A program made the translations under genes and the position numbers. DNA of 64,000 nt, from the NCBI GenBank assembly GCA_050248855.1, contig JBFWRP010000009.1:64001-128000 (forward strand). Reading direction: 5' to 3'. The notes beneath the pieces are model-generated. The model saw nothing but the letters and a program-made list of their open reading frames with translations. It was not told where the DNA came from and did not search any database. The stretch is from Planctomycetota bacterium (lineage in GTDB: Bacteria > Planctomycetota > PLA2 > JAEUHO01). Of this stretch, positions 27,874-37,398 are shown piece by piece; positions within the stretch are counted from its first letter, which is position 1, and each line of letters begins with the position of its first letter.

Positions 27874-30038
27874 CGGGGATCCAGGGTCTTCGGCGAGCGG
27901 GAGGGGGCCCTCCCCTGCACCACCGTAGTCTCGCCGTCCGACCGGGGGGACGCGCGCTTGTTGCGGCGCGCGGTCACCTTCCCGTCACGATGCCCGCCGC
28001 GGACCAGGGGCAGCGTCACTTCGAGGGTGGTGCCCACACCGTCGGGTCCGCCGCGGGCCCGCACGCGACCGCCGTGCCCCCGCACGATGGTCCGGACCAG
28101 CGCCAGCCCCAGGCCGGACCCCGACACGGCCTGCGTGAGGTACTGCTCGGCCCGGTAGAAGGTCTCGAAGACGCGGCGGCGTTCTGCCCGGGGAATGCCG
28201 ACCCCGTCATCGACCAGGGTCATGCGTACGTTCCTGCCGTCCACGGCGAGGGCCAGGCGGATGTGGGCCTCCTCGCCGCGCCGGTACTTCCAGGCGTTGC
28301 CGAGCAGGTTGGCCACGACGTCCTCGATGGCCTCGGCGTCGTGCCGCACGGGCAGGGGCTGCGTGCCCAGCTGCGCCGCCACGTGGAGGCCCGCGTCCGG
28401 CACGATGCGTCGGAAGCGCTCGAGCGCGCGGCGCACGGCCACGCGCAGGTCCGCCACCTCCATGACGTACGGGCTGCCGCCCGCTTCGCGCCGCGCCACG
28501 TCGAGCATGCGCGCCACGGTGCGCTCCAGGCGCTTGCACTCGGTGTCGAGGACTTCGTAGGCCTCCGCGCGGTCCTCGGCGCCCTCGAGCTTCCCGTCGC
28601 GGAGCATCTCCGTGAACATCGCGATGCTGGTGATGGGCGTCTTCAGCTCGTGGGAGAGGTTGCCGACGAAGTCGGCCTTCAGGCGCGCCAAGCGCACTTC
28701 CCGCGTGAGCAAGCGGACGAGGACCCAGCCGCCGACGCCGATGCCCAGCGCCGCGAGCACCAGCACGAGCCAATGCGACCACGCGCCCGCATCGGCCTGC
28801 GACGCCGGCTCGGCCACGCGGTAGGCACGCAGCCGGAAGGGCGGGTTCCACGCGCCCTCGAGATCCACGAGCGACGCCTCGGCCACGAGCTGCGGGTCAC
28901 TCGCTTCGTCGGCCTCGCCGGCCCCGACGACCTGGACCTCGATGCCCAGGCTGGTCATGCGCGGGTCGGCCACGCGCCGGGTGATCCAGGCCTCCAAGGG
29001 CGACCGCGCGAGGCGCAGCACGGCGAGCGGAGAGTGTCCGCCAACAGGCGGCGGCAGCACGACGATGCCGACGATCTCCGGCGGCGCGTACTGCACGAGG
29101 ACGCGGCCGACAGCGGGCGCCTCGCCCAGGAGCGCCCGGGCGCCCTCGGCCGCTCGCTGCAGCGTGCCCCTCGTTGCCGGGTCGTCGAGGACCGCAGTGG
29201 TCGCACGGATGCGCTCCACTTCCCAAGCGATCTCGTCCCCCCCCGGCCGCGTCGCGTCGAGCAACAGCCGCAGGCGCTCGGCCGCGTCGGCCAGCGGTCG
29301 TTCGAGCTCGTCGGGGCGGACGTCGGGAAGCCCGCGGCTGACACGCATGACCATCAGGGCGATGCGGGCCGCGCGAGCAAGGCGCGCCCGATCGGCCGGC
29401 GCCGAGCGCGGCGCCAGGCGCGCCACCTCGAGCATCAAGGGCACCCAGGTGAGCGAGAGCGGCCAGCGCCCGGCTCCGCCAGCGGGTCGCTTGGTGACCA
29501 CGGGGTAGATCTCGAGCTGCTGGCACCACGCATCGAGAAGCTTGCGGCGCTCGTCGTCATCGCGCGGCGCAGCGAGCTCCACCTGCAGCTCCTTTGCCGC
29601 CGCATCCGCCGCCTCGAGGACCTGCGCCTGCGCGTCGGCCCAGTCCCCGAGCCTCTGGGGTGGCAGGTCGAGCAGGGTGCTGCGATCGACCCAGTGCAGC
29701 TCCCCGCGATCGGCCACGACGAGGTCCTGGACCAACGCCCCCTCGGGCGTGGCCAGGAACGCGCGCCACGAGGCGGCGTCGTCCACGTCGCCCACGCGCG
29801 CGAGCAGCGCGCCCAGGTCGTCGCGTACTTCGCGCCGCAGGTCGCCGAGCCGGGCCTTGACGAGGTCGCGGGCCTCGGCGCGGCGGCGCGCCACGTCGGC
29901 CTTGCGCCCCTGGTCGAACGCGTACAGACCGGCGATCGACACGCCCACCATCAGGGCGAACACGAGGAGGACCACGATCGCGGCCGTCTTCGACCAACGG
30001 CTGGGACCGCGCAGGTCGAGGGCGCCGCGCAGCGACAT
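27870..30038 (-). CDS. Membrane sensor histidine kinase
   Basis: Two TM segments around a large extracytoplasmic domain. SHELKTP, NLLGNAWKY, DDGVGI, GSGLGL. Confidence 0.92.
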   Translation of the reverse strand: MSLRGALDLRGPSRWSKTAAIVVLLVFALMVGVSIAGLYAFDQGRKADVARRRAEARDLVKARLGDLRREVRDDLGALLARVGDVDDAASWRAFLATPEGALVQDLVVADRGELHWVDRSTLLDLPPQRLGDWADAQAQVLEAADAAAKELQVELAAPRDDDERRKLLDAWCQQLEIYPVVTKRPAGGAGRWPLSLTWVPLMLEVARLAPRSAPADRARLARAARIALMVMRVSRGLPDVRPDELERPLADAAERLRLLLDATRPGGDEIAWEVERIRATTAVLDDPATRGTLQRAAEGARALLGEAPAVGRVLVQYAPPEIVGIVVLPPPVGGHSPLAVLRLARSPLEAWITRRVADPRMTSLGIEVQVVGAGEADEASDPQLVAEASLVDLEGAWNPPFRLRAYRVAEPASQADAGAWSHWLVLVLAALGIGVGGWVLVRLLTREVRLARLKADFVGNLSHELKTPITSIAMFTEMLRDGKLEGAEDRAEAYEVLDTECKRLERTVARMLDVARREAGGSPYVMEVADLRVAVRRALERFRRIVPDAGLHVAAQLGTQPLPVRHDAEAIEDVVANLLGNAWKYRRGEEAHIRLALAVDGRNVRMTLVDDGVGIPRAERRRVFETFYRAEQYLTQAVSGSGLGLALVRTIVRGHGGRVRARGGPDGVGTTLEVTLPLVRGGHRDGKVTARRNKRASPRSDGETTVVQGRAPSRSPKTLDPR

Positions 30039-30073
30039 GCGCCCGCGACGGTAGCACGGGGGCCGTGTCCCCC

Positions 30074-30856
30074 TCAGGCCGGCGTCAAGTCCACGACGTG
30101 GGCCGCAGGGCGCCAGCGAGGCCCCGAGCCATCGCGGACGAGGAGCCCCTCGGTGAACGATGCGTCCTCCAGCACGCCGGCCCGGGCCTGACCCGCTTGG
30201 CGGAAGCGCACCATCTGGCCGCGCAGCGCCAGCCGCGCACGCCAGCCGTCCTCCAATCGCCCGGTGCGGGCGGGGTCGCAGGCATCCCCCATGCGCGCAT
30301 CGAGGCGCGGGAGCAGCTCGATGAGGACCTCGGTCCGCGAGGGCACGCGACCCAGCGCATCGGCCACGCACGTGGTGCGCCGTGCGACGTCGGCGGGCAG
30401 CTCGAGCGGCACGCGGGCGAGGTTGATGCCGATGCCGACGAGCGCACGCTCCCCCCCTTCCACGCGCTCGAGCAGGATGCCCGACACCTTGCGGCCCCCG
30501 ATCCACACGTCATTGGGCCACTTGATCTCGACGTCCCGTGCGCCCAAGGCTTCGAGCGCTTCCGCGACCGCGACGGCAGCCGCTGCCACGAGCGGCGCGG
30601 GCTCCACCAAGGGCGATGCGGCCACGAGCAGGCTCGCGTAGAGGCCCCCGGGGGGCGAGTGGAAGCGACGGCCCTCGCGACCCCGACCCGCGGTCTGCTC
30701 GTCGGCCACCACGACGAGCGGCGGCGAAGCTCCTGCCCGGAGCCGCGCCGCCGCGATGTCGTGCGTGGACGTGACGACGGGCTGGTGCTCGACGCACCAG
30801 CCCGTCTTGGCGTGGACCGTCGGCCCGTCCAGGGGAGGAGCCGACGGGGACTTCAC
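30074..30856 (-). CDS. birA: Biotin-protein ligase without N-terminal HTH
   Basis: ADEQTAGRGREGR, IKWPNDV, KVSGIL, GIGIN. Start approximate (GTG 30856). Confidence 0.9.
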   Translation of the reverse strand: MKSPSAPPLDGPTVHAKTGWCVEHQPVVTSTHDIAAARLRAGASPPLVVVADEQTAGRGREGRRFHSPPGGLYASLLVAASPLVEPAPLVAAAAVAVAEALEALGARDVEIKWPNDVWIGGRKVSGILLERVEGGERALVGIGINLARVPLELPADVARRTTCVADALGRVPSRTEVLIELLPRLDARMGDACDPARTGRLEDGWRARLALRGQMVRFRQAGQARAGVLEDASFTEGLLVRDGSGPRWRPAAHVVDLTPA

Positions 30857-30860
30857 GAGA

Positions 30861-31244
30861 TCAGGAGGCGTTGTCGCCGCCGCTGCTGTCGGGCTTGGCG
30901 AGGTCGGCGGCCTTCTGCTTGAGGGCGGCAAGCTGCGCGGAAACCTGCACGGCGACCGTGCGGTAGAAGCCGAAGGCAAACACTGCCACCCCAATGGTCG
31001 GCAGCCAGAACATCATGAACTTGCCTTCCGGGAAGTCGATGGCTGCGATCAGCTTGGCCAGGGCGGCGATGCCCGCCCCCACCAGCATCAGCAGGTTGCC
31101 TTGCGCCTTGGACTTCGACCAGATCCAGAAGTTGAGGAGCGCCAACACGCCCCAGATCAGGAACGGGACGAAGAACTCCAGGAAGTAGCTGGGCCGCTCG
31201 TAGACGAGCTCGGCGACCGTGAAATCCAGCGACGGAATGGGCAT
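30861..31244 (-). CDS. Small membrane protein
   Basis: Three TM segments. GGAGG SD before ATG 31244. Confidence 0.75.
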   Translation of the reverse strand: MPIPSLDFTVAELVYERPSYFLEFFVPFLIWGVLALLNFWIWSKSKAQGNLLMLVGAGIAALAKLIAAIDFPEGKFMMFWLPTIGVAVFAFGFYRTVAVQVSAQLAALKQKAADLAKPDSSGGDNAS

Positions 31245-31356
31245 GCGTGCCTCCGGGGGGGATGCAGTGAAGCGTTGGCCAGGGAGTCTACCCCCTGGCC
31301 TCCCTCCCCAAGTGCCCTGCACGCCGGGATCCGACGCACCTCGTAGGATGAGGCGG

Positions 31357-33129
31357 ATGGAAAGCCCGGCCCCGCGCCACCCCCGCCTGCTGGCCGCCTC
31401 GGTGGGCCTCCTGACCCTGATCGCCGGGCTCGCGGCCCTGCAGCCCGCAGCGGGCCACGCCGAGGAGGGCGACGAGGCGGCACCCACGATCACGCTGGAC
31501 CCGACGTTCTTCGAGCAGCGGATCCTGCCGATCATCCTGTCCAACTGCGGCGAGTGTCACGCCAACCCGCGCAAGCGCCTCGGCAAGCACTTCCTGGTCC
31601 CCTACCCCGGGCGCAAGGTCCGTGAGCGCCACGTGCGCAAGAACCTGGAGACCATCCGTCGCTACATCGTGCCCGGTGACCCCAGCAGCTCGACGTGGCT
31701 GCTGAAGGCCCTGGGGCCCCGTCAAGGGGGCGTCGAGCACGAGGGCGGTCAGCGCATCGCCATGAACAGCCCCGACTACGGGGCCATGGTGGACTTCATC
31801 AACGGCGCCTCGATCGCGCCGACGCCCTTCACGCCCCCTCCGCGCGTGGAGGGCGAACCCGACTTCCGCTTCTTCGTGGCCAAGGTCGCGCCGCTCCTCG
31901 CGTCGGACTGCGCGGAGTGCCATGGCGGCAAGGGCAAGGGCCGCCACAAGCTGGTCGTGGCGGAGGAGGGCGAGGCGCTCGAGCTCGAGGAGCACCTCGA
32001 GAACTTCCAGACGATCCTCGAGCTGATCACGCCGGGCGACCCCGAGCGTTCGCGCCTGCTCCAGAAGGGCTTGGCCGTCGAGGACGGGGGCTTGAAGCAC
32101 AAGGGGGGCGACCGCTTCCGCCGCGGCGACGGCAAGCACGCCTTGCTCGAGGCGTTCGTGCGCGGCGAGCCCGGGCCGCCGCTGCCGACCGAGCGGACGC
32201 GCGTTGCGCGGCGCCTCACGGCCGGGGGCCTGGTGCTGGAAGCCGAAGACCTGGAGCTGGTCGAGGGCGTCGACGAGGTGGAGGACGCCGCGGCCAGCGG
32301 CTACCTGGCCATGGAGGCGCTGGAGGGCGGCGGACGCGTGGCCGTGCGCTTCGAGGTCGTCGACGAGATGGCGTACCGCATCGTGGCCCGCTGGCAGGGC
32401 AAGGGCGAGGGCGCCCGCTTGCGCGTCGATGCCGTCGTCGACACCCCGCTCGAACCCGTCGACCCCGCCACCCGCGCGAGCGGGTGGCGCGACTTCGTGG
32501 CGCGTCACCTGACCGACGCCGGGCAGCCACTGGCCGATGCGCGCGGCCGCATCGCGCTGGGGCCCGAAGGGCCGGAGCTGGACGGTCGCGACACGCCGGC
32601 CGGCTTCCTGGTTCCCGACCCGGTCCGCCGCACGGGATGCGAGATCGAAGTCACCCTGCCCGTCGAGGAGGACGGCGGCGACGACGCGCTGCTGTTGTTC
32701 GACGCCGTCAGCTTGGACGAGGCGCGCTTCGTCGGCTTGGTCGACGGCGGGCGACGCTTCGTCCTGGGCCACGTGAGCGGCGGCACGCTCGTGGTGGAGC
32801 GAGCCGTCGTGGCCCCGGAGGAAAACGCCCCGGAGCTGCCGCGCGTGATCCGCGTCGAGCGCCACGGCGGCGTGGCCGTGGCCTCGCTGGACGGCCGGCC
32901 GCTCCTGGCGATGGATCTCGCCGACGCCAAGTCGCAGGGCACGTACGGCGTGCGGACGCGCGGGCGGCTCGACGTCCACCGGCTGAGCGCCGTGGACGAG
33001 TTCGAGGTCGCCGCCGCCGCCTTCGAGGCGGCGCCCGTCGTGTGGCTGGCCCCGGGCCCGCACGTGATCATCGTCGAGATGCCCGAGGGCGCGGGCCGGC
33101 TCGACCAGATCCGCATCGAGCGTCCATGA
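31357..33129 (+). CDS. Exported protein with two c-type heme (CxxCH) modules and beta-rich C-terminus
   Basis: Signal peptide. Duplicated module FFEQRILPII..CGECH..PGDPSSSTWLLKAL..HEGG and FFVAKVAPLL..CAECH..PGDPERSRLLQKGL..HKGG. Confidence 0.8.
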   Translation: MESPAPRHPRLLAASVGLLTLIAGLAALQPAAGHAEEGDEAAPTITLDPTFFEQRILPIILSNCGECHANPRKRLGKHFLVPYPGRKVRERHVRKNLETIRRYIVPGDPSSSTWLLKALGPRQGGVEHEGGQRIAMNSPDYGAMVDFINGASIAPTPFTPPPRVEGEPDFRFFVAKVAPLLASDCAECHGGKGKGRHKLVVAEEGEALELEEHLENFQTILELITPGDPERSRLLQKGLAVEDGGLKHKGGDRFRRGDGKHALLEAFVRGEPGPPLPTERTRVARRLTAGGLVLEAEDLELVEGVDEVEDAAASGYLAMEALEGGGRVAVRFEVVDEMAYRIVARWQGKGEGARLRVDAVVDTPLEPVDPATRASGWRDFVARHLTDAGQPLADARGRIALGPEGPELDGRDTPAGFLVPDPVRRTGCEIEVTLPVEEDGGDDALLLFDAVSLDEARFVGLVDGGRRFVLGHVSGGTLVVERAVVAPEENAPELPRVIRVERHGGVAVASLDGRPLLAMDLADAKSQGTYGVRTRGRLDVHRLSAVDEFEVAAAAFEAAPVVWLAPGPHVIIVEMPEGAGRLDQIRIERP

Positions 33130-33182
33130 CCCGCCACCTCGCCCGCGCGAGCGGGTATCAGGAGCTTCCCCGAGGAGGTCCC

Positions 33183-34124
33183 ATGAGCCGCCCCGTCCTT
33201 TCGACCCTCGCGTTGGCCACCCTCCTGGCGGGCTGGGCCGCGAGCCCCGCGCGCGCCGACGACGCCGAGCTGCCCGGCACCACGCTGTTCTTCGAGACCT
33301 ACGACACCGACTTCGACGGCTTCGTCACGCGCGAGGAGTTCCGCGGCAACCAGGACGTGTTCCGCCTCCTCGACGTCGACGACGACGGTCGGATCGCCGC
33401 GCCCGAGCTGGGACTTCCGGCCGCATGGAAGCCGGACCCTGCGAAGAAGCGGCCCGAGCGCACGCGCGGCAGGGCGGGCGCAACGCCCGGCCGGCCGCGG
33501 GACGGGTACCTCGAGCGGCTCCGCGAGATGGACGCCGACGGCGACGGCAAGGTCTCGCGCGACGAGTTCAGCGGTCCGACGCAGGCCTTCGAGCGCCTCG
33601 ACCGCAACGGCGACGGGTTCGTCGACGCCGCCGACGTCCGCGGAGCCGCGCGCGGGGCACCGGGTGAGGGCAACGACATGGGCGCAGGCGGCGCGATCTT
33701 CGACCGCCTGGACGCGGACAAGGACGGCGTCCTGTCGGCGGAGGAGATCGGCGAGCGGCCCCTCCTCAAGCGCCTCGACACCGACGGCGATGGGCGCGTG
33801 ACGAAGGAGGAAGCGGCAGCGGGCGCCCGGCAGATGGGCGCGCGCGGGGCCGAGGCTCGCCGTGGGCGCGGCCTCACCATGGACGGCCTGCGGCGGTTCG
33901 ACAGGAACGGCGACGGCAAGGTCACCGCGGACGAGTTCGCGGGCAACGAGCGCCAGTTCGGGCGGCTGGACCGCAACGGCGACGGCGTCCTGGACGCGTC
34001 CGACCTCGATGCCGAGCCGAGCGAGCGCCCCGGGGGCCCGCCGCGGCCGACGACGCCGAGCACGCCCTCGGCGCCGGATGCTCCCGCGCCGCCCGATGCA
34101 CCGGCGCCTCCGGCCGGCAAGTAG
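33183..34124 (+). CDS. Secreted EF-hand repeat protein (8 DxDxDG-type loops)
   Basis: GAGGAGGT SD, signal peptide, eight loops such as DADGDGKVSRDEF and DRNGDGKVTADEF. Confidence 0.85.
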   Translation: MSRPVLSTLALATLLAGWAASPARADDAELPGTTLFFETYDTDFDGFVTREEFRGNQDVFRLLDVDDDGRIAAPELGLPAAWKPDPAKKRPERTRGRAGATPGRPRDGYLERLREMDADGDGKVSRDEFSGPTQAFERLDRNGDGFVDAADVRGAARGAPGEGNDMGAGGAIFDRLDADKDGVLSAEEIGERPLLKRLDTDGDGRVTKEEAAAGARQMGARGAEARRGRGLTMDGLRRFDRNGDGKVTADEFAGNERQFGRLDRNGDGVLDASDLDAEPSERPGGPPRPTTPSTPSAPDAPAPPDAPAPPAGK

Positions 34125-34127
34125 CCG

Positions 34128-34928
34128 TCAGCGAGCGTGCGGCGCGGCGGCCCGCCGAAGAAGCGCGCGGCGGGCGTCCTTCAGCGTGTCGCGGGCCATG
34201 TTCCGCAGCAGGCCCGTCAAGAACGGGGGCACGACGAGATCGGTGCCAACGACGAGCACCTCCGTCAGTCGCGCGCCCTGCGGGTCGGGCTCGATGATCG
34301 CAAGGCCGCGCCAGTAGGTGATGTGCTCCACGGGGCCGGCGGGCCGCGGGTCGTAGCGGATCCAGACCGAGCCGTCGGGGGCGTCCCAGCGCTCGACGGT
34401 CACCCGGAACACGAGGTCCACGCGGATCGGCCCCGCCCCCACGTCCGCCTTCACCACGTGGTAGGAGCGACCCGTACGAGCCGGCCCGAAGGTGTGGGGG
34501 GAACCGATCGGCTCGACCTCGCGGGCGGCCAGGACGTCGCGCTGCACGTCGGCGTCCACGAGCAGGTCCGCCAAGCGACCTGGTGCGAGGGGAGCACGCG
34601 CGATCACCGCGACCCCGAGAGCGTGACGCAACGGCCCGCCGAAGCCGCGGCCGCGATGCCGCGCGAGGATGGACGTCGCGAGCTCCTGCGGGTCGAAGAA
34701 GCCGGGCGTCTCCGAAGCCGGGACGCGGCGCAGGCCGGCCACGACTTCCGCGATCCCGTCGAGCCCCTCCTGGAACGACAAGGCCGTCGCGGTGACGCCG
34801 AGCGGCTCCGGTTCCGGCACCCCCACGGCCGACGGCCACGGTCCCGGCGCGCGCACGCGTCCCGTGGGCTGACCGGGGTAGCGCGCACAGCCGGCCAGCA
34901 GGACGACCGCCAGCGCGCCGAGTGCCAA
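34128..34928 (-). CDS. Putative lipoprotein
   Basis: Lipobox VLLAGC. Start codon uncertain (TTG 34928 assumed). Confidence 0.6.
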   Translation of the reverse strand: MALGALAVVLLAGCARYPGQPTGRVRAPGPWPSAVGVPEPEPLGVTATALSFQEGLDGIAEVVAGLRRVPASETPGFFDPQELATSILARHRGRGFGGPLRHALGVAVIARAPLAPGRLADLLVDADVQRDVLAAREVEPIGSPHTFGPARTGRSYHVVKADVGAGPIRVDLVFRVTVERWDAPDGSVWIRYDPRPAGPVEHITYWRGLAIIEPDPQGARLTEVLVVGTDLVVPPFLTGLLRNMARDTLKDARRALLRRAAAPHAR

Positions 34929-34933
34929 GGCCG

Positions 34934-35473
34934 CTACGCGCGCTCGTCCTGGCTGGGCGCGCGGCCCCAGGCCCGGATGCGCTCGGCCTCCGCGTCCCAG
35001 CCGGGCCCCAGGCGAACGTCGAGGAAGCTGGCCAAGCACAGGTCCAGATCGTCCATGACCTGACCCATCAGATCCAGCAGGGCCCGTTCGCGCTCGGCCG
35101 GGCTGTCGCCCTCGGGTGCCGGCAGCTTGAGGGAGGCCACGTCGAGGTCCTCGGCCTTGAGCGTGAAGCGCACCTCTTCGTCGTCGCGGGCCAGCAGGAT
35201 CCGCGCGGCGGCCAGCGTCTTGCCACTTCTAAGCGCCGCGCGCGCCTCGCTGCTCGCGGAGGGGACGCCGGCCTTGAGGACCGTGCGCCGCGCGGCCGCG
35301 CGCTCGCCCTTGAACTCGAGGTGGTCGTCGACGTGCACGAAGAACGCGCTGCCGTCGGCATGCTGGAAGCCGGGGGCGACGTCGCTGCGCCACCACAGCC
35401 ACGTCAGGAACTCGGGGCCGAGGAAGTCGACGCCGCCGCGCGGGTCGGCGACGGGGGGCGTACGGGCGATCAC
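34934..35473 (-). CDS. RdgC-associated protein (probable C-terminal half of a split RdgC-like protein)
   Basis: FLGPEFLTWLWWRS motif. GTGA-coupled to the upstream RdgC-like gene. Confidence 0.7.
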   Translation of the reverse strand: MIARTPPVADPRGGVDFLGPEFLTWLWWRSDVAPGFQHADGSAFFVHVDDHLEFKGERAAARRTVLKAGVPSASSEARAALRSGKTLAAARILLARDDEEVRFTLKAEDLDVASLKLPAPEGDSPAERERALLDLMGQVMDDLDLCLASFLDVRLGPGWDAEAERIRAWGRAPSQDERA

Positions 35474-36162
35474 GACGGCACCTCCTCGGTCACGGCGGCC
35501 GTGCCGCGCACGCGGCGCGCGAGCGCGGCGGCGAGCGCCTCGCTGGCGCCGCCGAGCTCGGTGCGACGGATGTCCTCCAGGGCGGCCATGGCTTCCGTGC
35601 CGGCGACGATCTCCTGTGCGCGGCGCCAGGGGGTGAGTGCTTCCAGCGACACCTCGAACGTGTCGGCGACGAGCAGCTGCACCTGCTCCAGCACGCGCCG
35701 CGAGAGGGACTGGACGTAGAGCACGCGGCGGCGCGGGTCGAGCAGGATCCCGTGGGCCTGCACGTGGGGCGGTGTCTCGAGCAGCAGCCGGCGCGTGATC
35801 TCCTCCCGCAGGGCCTTGCGCTCCTCGCGCGAGATGCGCCCGGGCCGCCCCCCGTCCCCGGCAGCCTTCGTCCGCGCGTCCAGCTCCAGCTCGAGGTGGG
35901 CCTTGAGCAGGCGCGGCGGGACGCGGCGCTGGTCGATGCGCAGCGCGAAGGCGACCGTCTCGCCGCGCACCAAGGTGTCGACGTCGAAGCGGGTCACGAG
36001 CAGGTTGTCGGCCGTGACCCAGCCGTAGGTCCGCTCCTCGTGGGGCGCCAAGGGCCGGAAGCGGCGGTCATGGAGGCGCTCGGCGAACGCCGGCTCGTAG
36101 GGGCTGGGCAGGGGACCCACGACGCGGAAGCGCCGGACGGACTGGGATCGGAGTCGCAGCAT
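35470..36162 (-). CDS. RdgC-like recombination-associated protein (N-terminal part)
   Basis: FRPL..EERTYGWV, ALRIDQRRVPPRLLK, ISREERKALREEITRRLL match the RdgC pattern. Confidence 0.75.
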   Translation of the reverse strand: MLRLRSQSVRRFRVVGPLPSPYEPAFAERLHDRRFRPLAPHEERTYGWVTADNLLVTRFDVDTLVRGETVAFALRIDQRRVPPRLLKAHLELELDARTKAAGDGGRPGRISREERKALREEITRRLLLETPPHVQAHGILLDPRRRVLYVQSLSRRVLEQVQLLVADTFEVSLEALTPWRRAQEIVAGTEAMAALEDIRRTELGGASEALAAALARRVRGTAAVTEEVPS

Positions 36163-36217
36163 GGGATGCGGACGGTACGCGGGCGCGGGGACACTCCCGG
36201 GGCCCCGTGCCGCGGGA

Positions 36218-36820
36218 TCAGGAGCGCCGAGGACCCCGGCGGCGTGCGCGGATCAACAGGACCACCAGCACCACGGCGATTCCCGGACCGAGCCAGCGTG
36301 CGTAGCGGCCGATCTGCGCGAACAGCCGGGGGGCGTCCTCGATCGCGCCGCCCAGCAGGAACGGCCAGCCACCACTCAGCACCAGGAACACCACGTCGGT
36401 CGCCAGGAAGCGGCGCCACGAGAGCCCGCCGGCGCCCGCTGCCAGGAACGTCGGCACGCGCGTGCCCATGACCATACGCGCTGCGGCGACGGCGAGCATC
36501 CCACGGCGGGAGACACACAGCCGCACGCGCGCCAGACGCCGCCGCGGGATGCGCCGCACGAGGCGCGAGCGTCTGAGCGCCGGCCCGAGACGACGACCGA
36601 CGGCGAACACGAACGCGTCGAGCGCCAGCACCGTCACGTACGGGACGCCGAACGCGACGCCCGGAGCCAGCGAGCCGCTCTTCGCGCTCCATCCTGCGTA
36701 CGCGAACACGCCCTCCTCGGGAAGCGGTGCACCGACGAAGCCCGCGAGCACGAGCGCGACGAGCACGCCAGGCGTCGCAGCGACGTCGGTGTCCAGCGTT
36801 GCGAGCGACGAATCGATCAC
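36218..36820 (-). CDS. DedA/VTT-family membrane protein
   Basis: GAPLPEE, FAVGRRLG, ARMVMGTRVPTFLAAG, SWRRFLATD. Start approximate. Confidence 0.85.
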   Translation of the reverse strand: MIDSSLATLDTDVAATPGVLVALVLAGFVGAPLPEEGVFAYAGWSAKSGSLAPGVAFGVPYVTVLALDAFVFAVGRRLGPALRRSRLVRRIPRRRLARVRLCVSRRGMLAVAAARMVMGTRVPTFLAAGAGGLSWRRFLATDVVFLVLSGGWPFLLGGAIEDAPRLFAQIGRYARWLGPGIAVVLVVLLIRARRRGPRRS

Positions 36821-36856
36821 GCGCACGCGCACACGATCGCAGGACGACTCGACTTC

Positions 36857-36910
36857 GATCAACTTGAGAGCGCGCGCACGCTTCGGAGAGCTCCGTTTCT
36901 CAATTTGAGA
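36857..36910. promoter_or_regulatory. Pair of palindromic sites (candidate activator-binding sites)
   Basis: TCTCAA-T-TTGAGA at 36898-36910 (perfect arms) and GATCAA-C-TTGAGA at 36857-36869, centres 41 bp apart, in an AT-enriched patch. Confidence 0.5.
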
Positions 36911-36955
36911 GTCGCACACCTCCCGATGCATGCCTTCGCGATGCGAAACAAGCAT

Positions 36956-36971
36956 CGGCACGCTGTTTGTT
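36956..36971 (+). promoter_or_regulatory. Putative sigma54 -24/-12 promoter
   Basis: CGGCACG-CTGT-TTGTT versus consensus TGGCACG-N4-TTGCW. The -12 dinucleotide is GT rather than GC. Confidence 0.45.
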
Positions 36972-37228
36972 GTCAGCGATGTCAGCGCGCGCTGTGGTGC
37001 GCGTCGTCACGCTGTGCGGGACCGATCGTCGACCTGCTCGTCGTCGTCCAGCGCCCCGCGATCGATCCCGGGATCGACGCGAGGTGGTGGACGCCGACGG
37101 GAAGGAGGCGGCCGCGGAGTTGCGGTCGTCCCGGTCGGTGAAGACGCCGGAGGCCACCGGCGCTCGGGCAGGTGACCGGCTCGAACCCCAGTCCGCCCCC
37201 TCGAGGGACAGGCAAGGAGACACAGACC

Positions 37229-37381
37229 ATGGCTGCAAAGAAGAAGGGCGCCCGCAAGAAGAAGGCCGCCAAGAAGAAGACCGCCAAGAAGGCGACGAAG
37301 AAGCGTGCCAAGAAGGGCACGAAGAAGCGCGCCAAGAAGGGCACGAAGAAGCGCGCCGCCCGCGCCAGCCGCAAGAAGTAG
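37229..37381 (+). CDS. 50-aa Lys/Ala/Arg-rich histone-H1-like protein
   Basis: AAGGAG SD. MAAKKKGARKKKAAKKKTAKKATKKRAKKGTKKRAKKGTKKRAARASRKK, with a 24-nt tandem repeat at 37295-37357. Confidence 0.8.
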   Translation: MAAKKKGARKKKAAKKKTAKKATKKRAKKGTKKRAKKGTKKRAARASRKK

Positions 37382-37398
37382 TCGTCAAGACATCCTTC

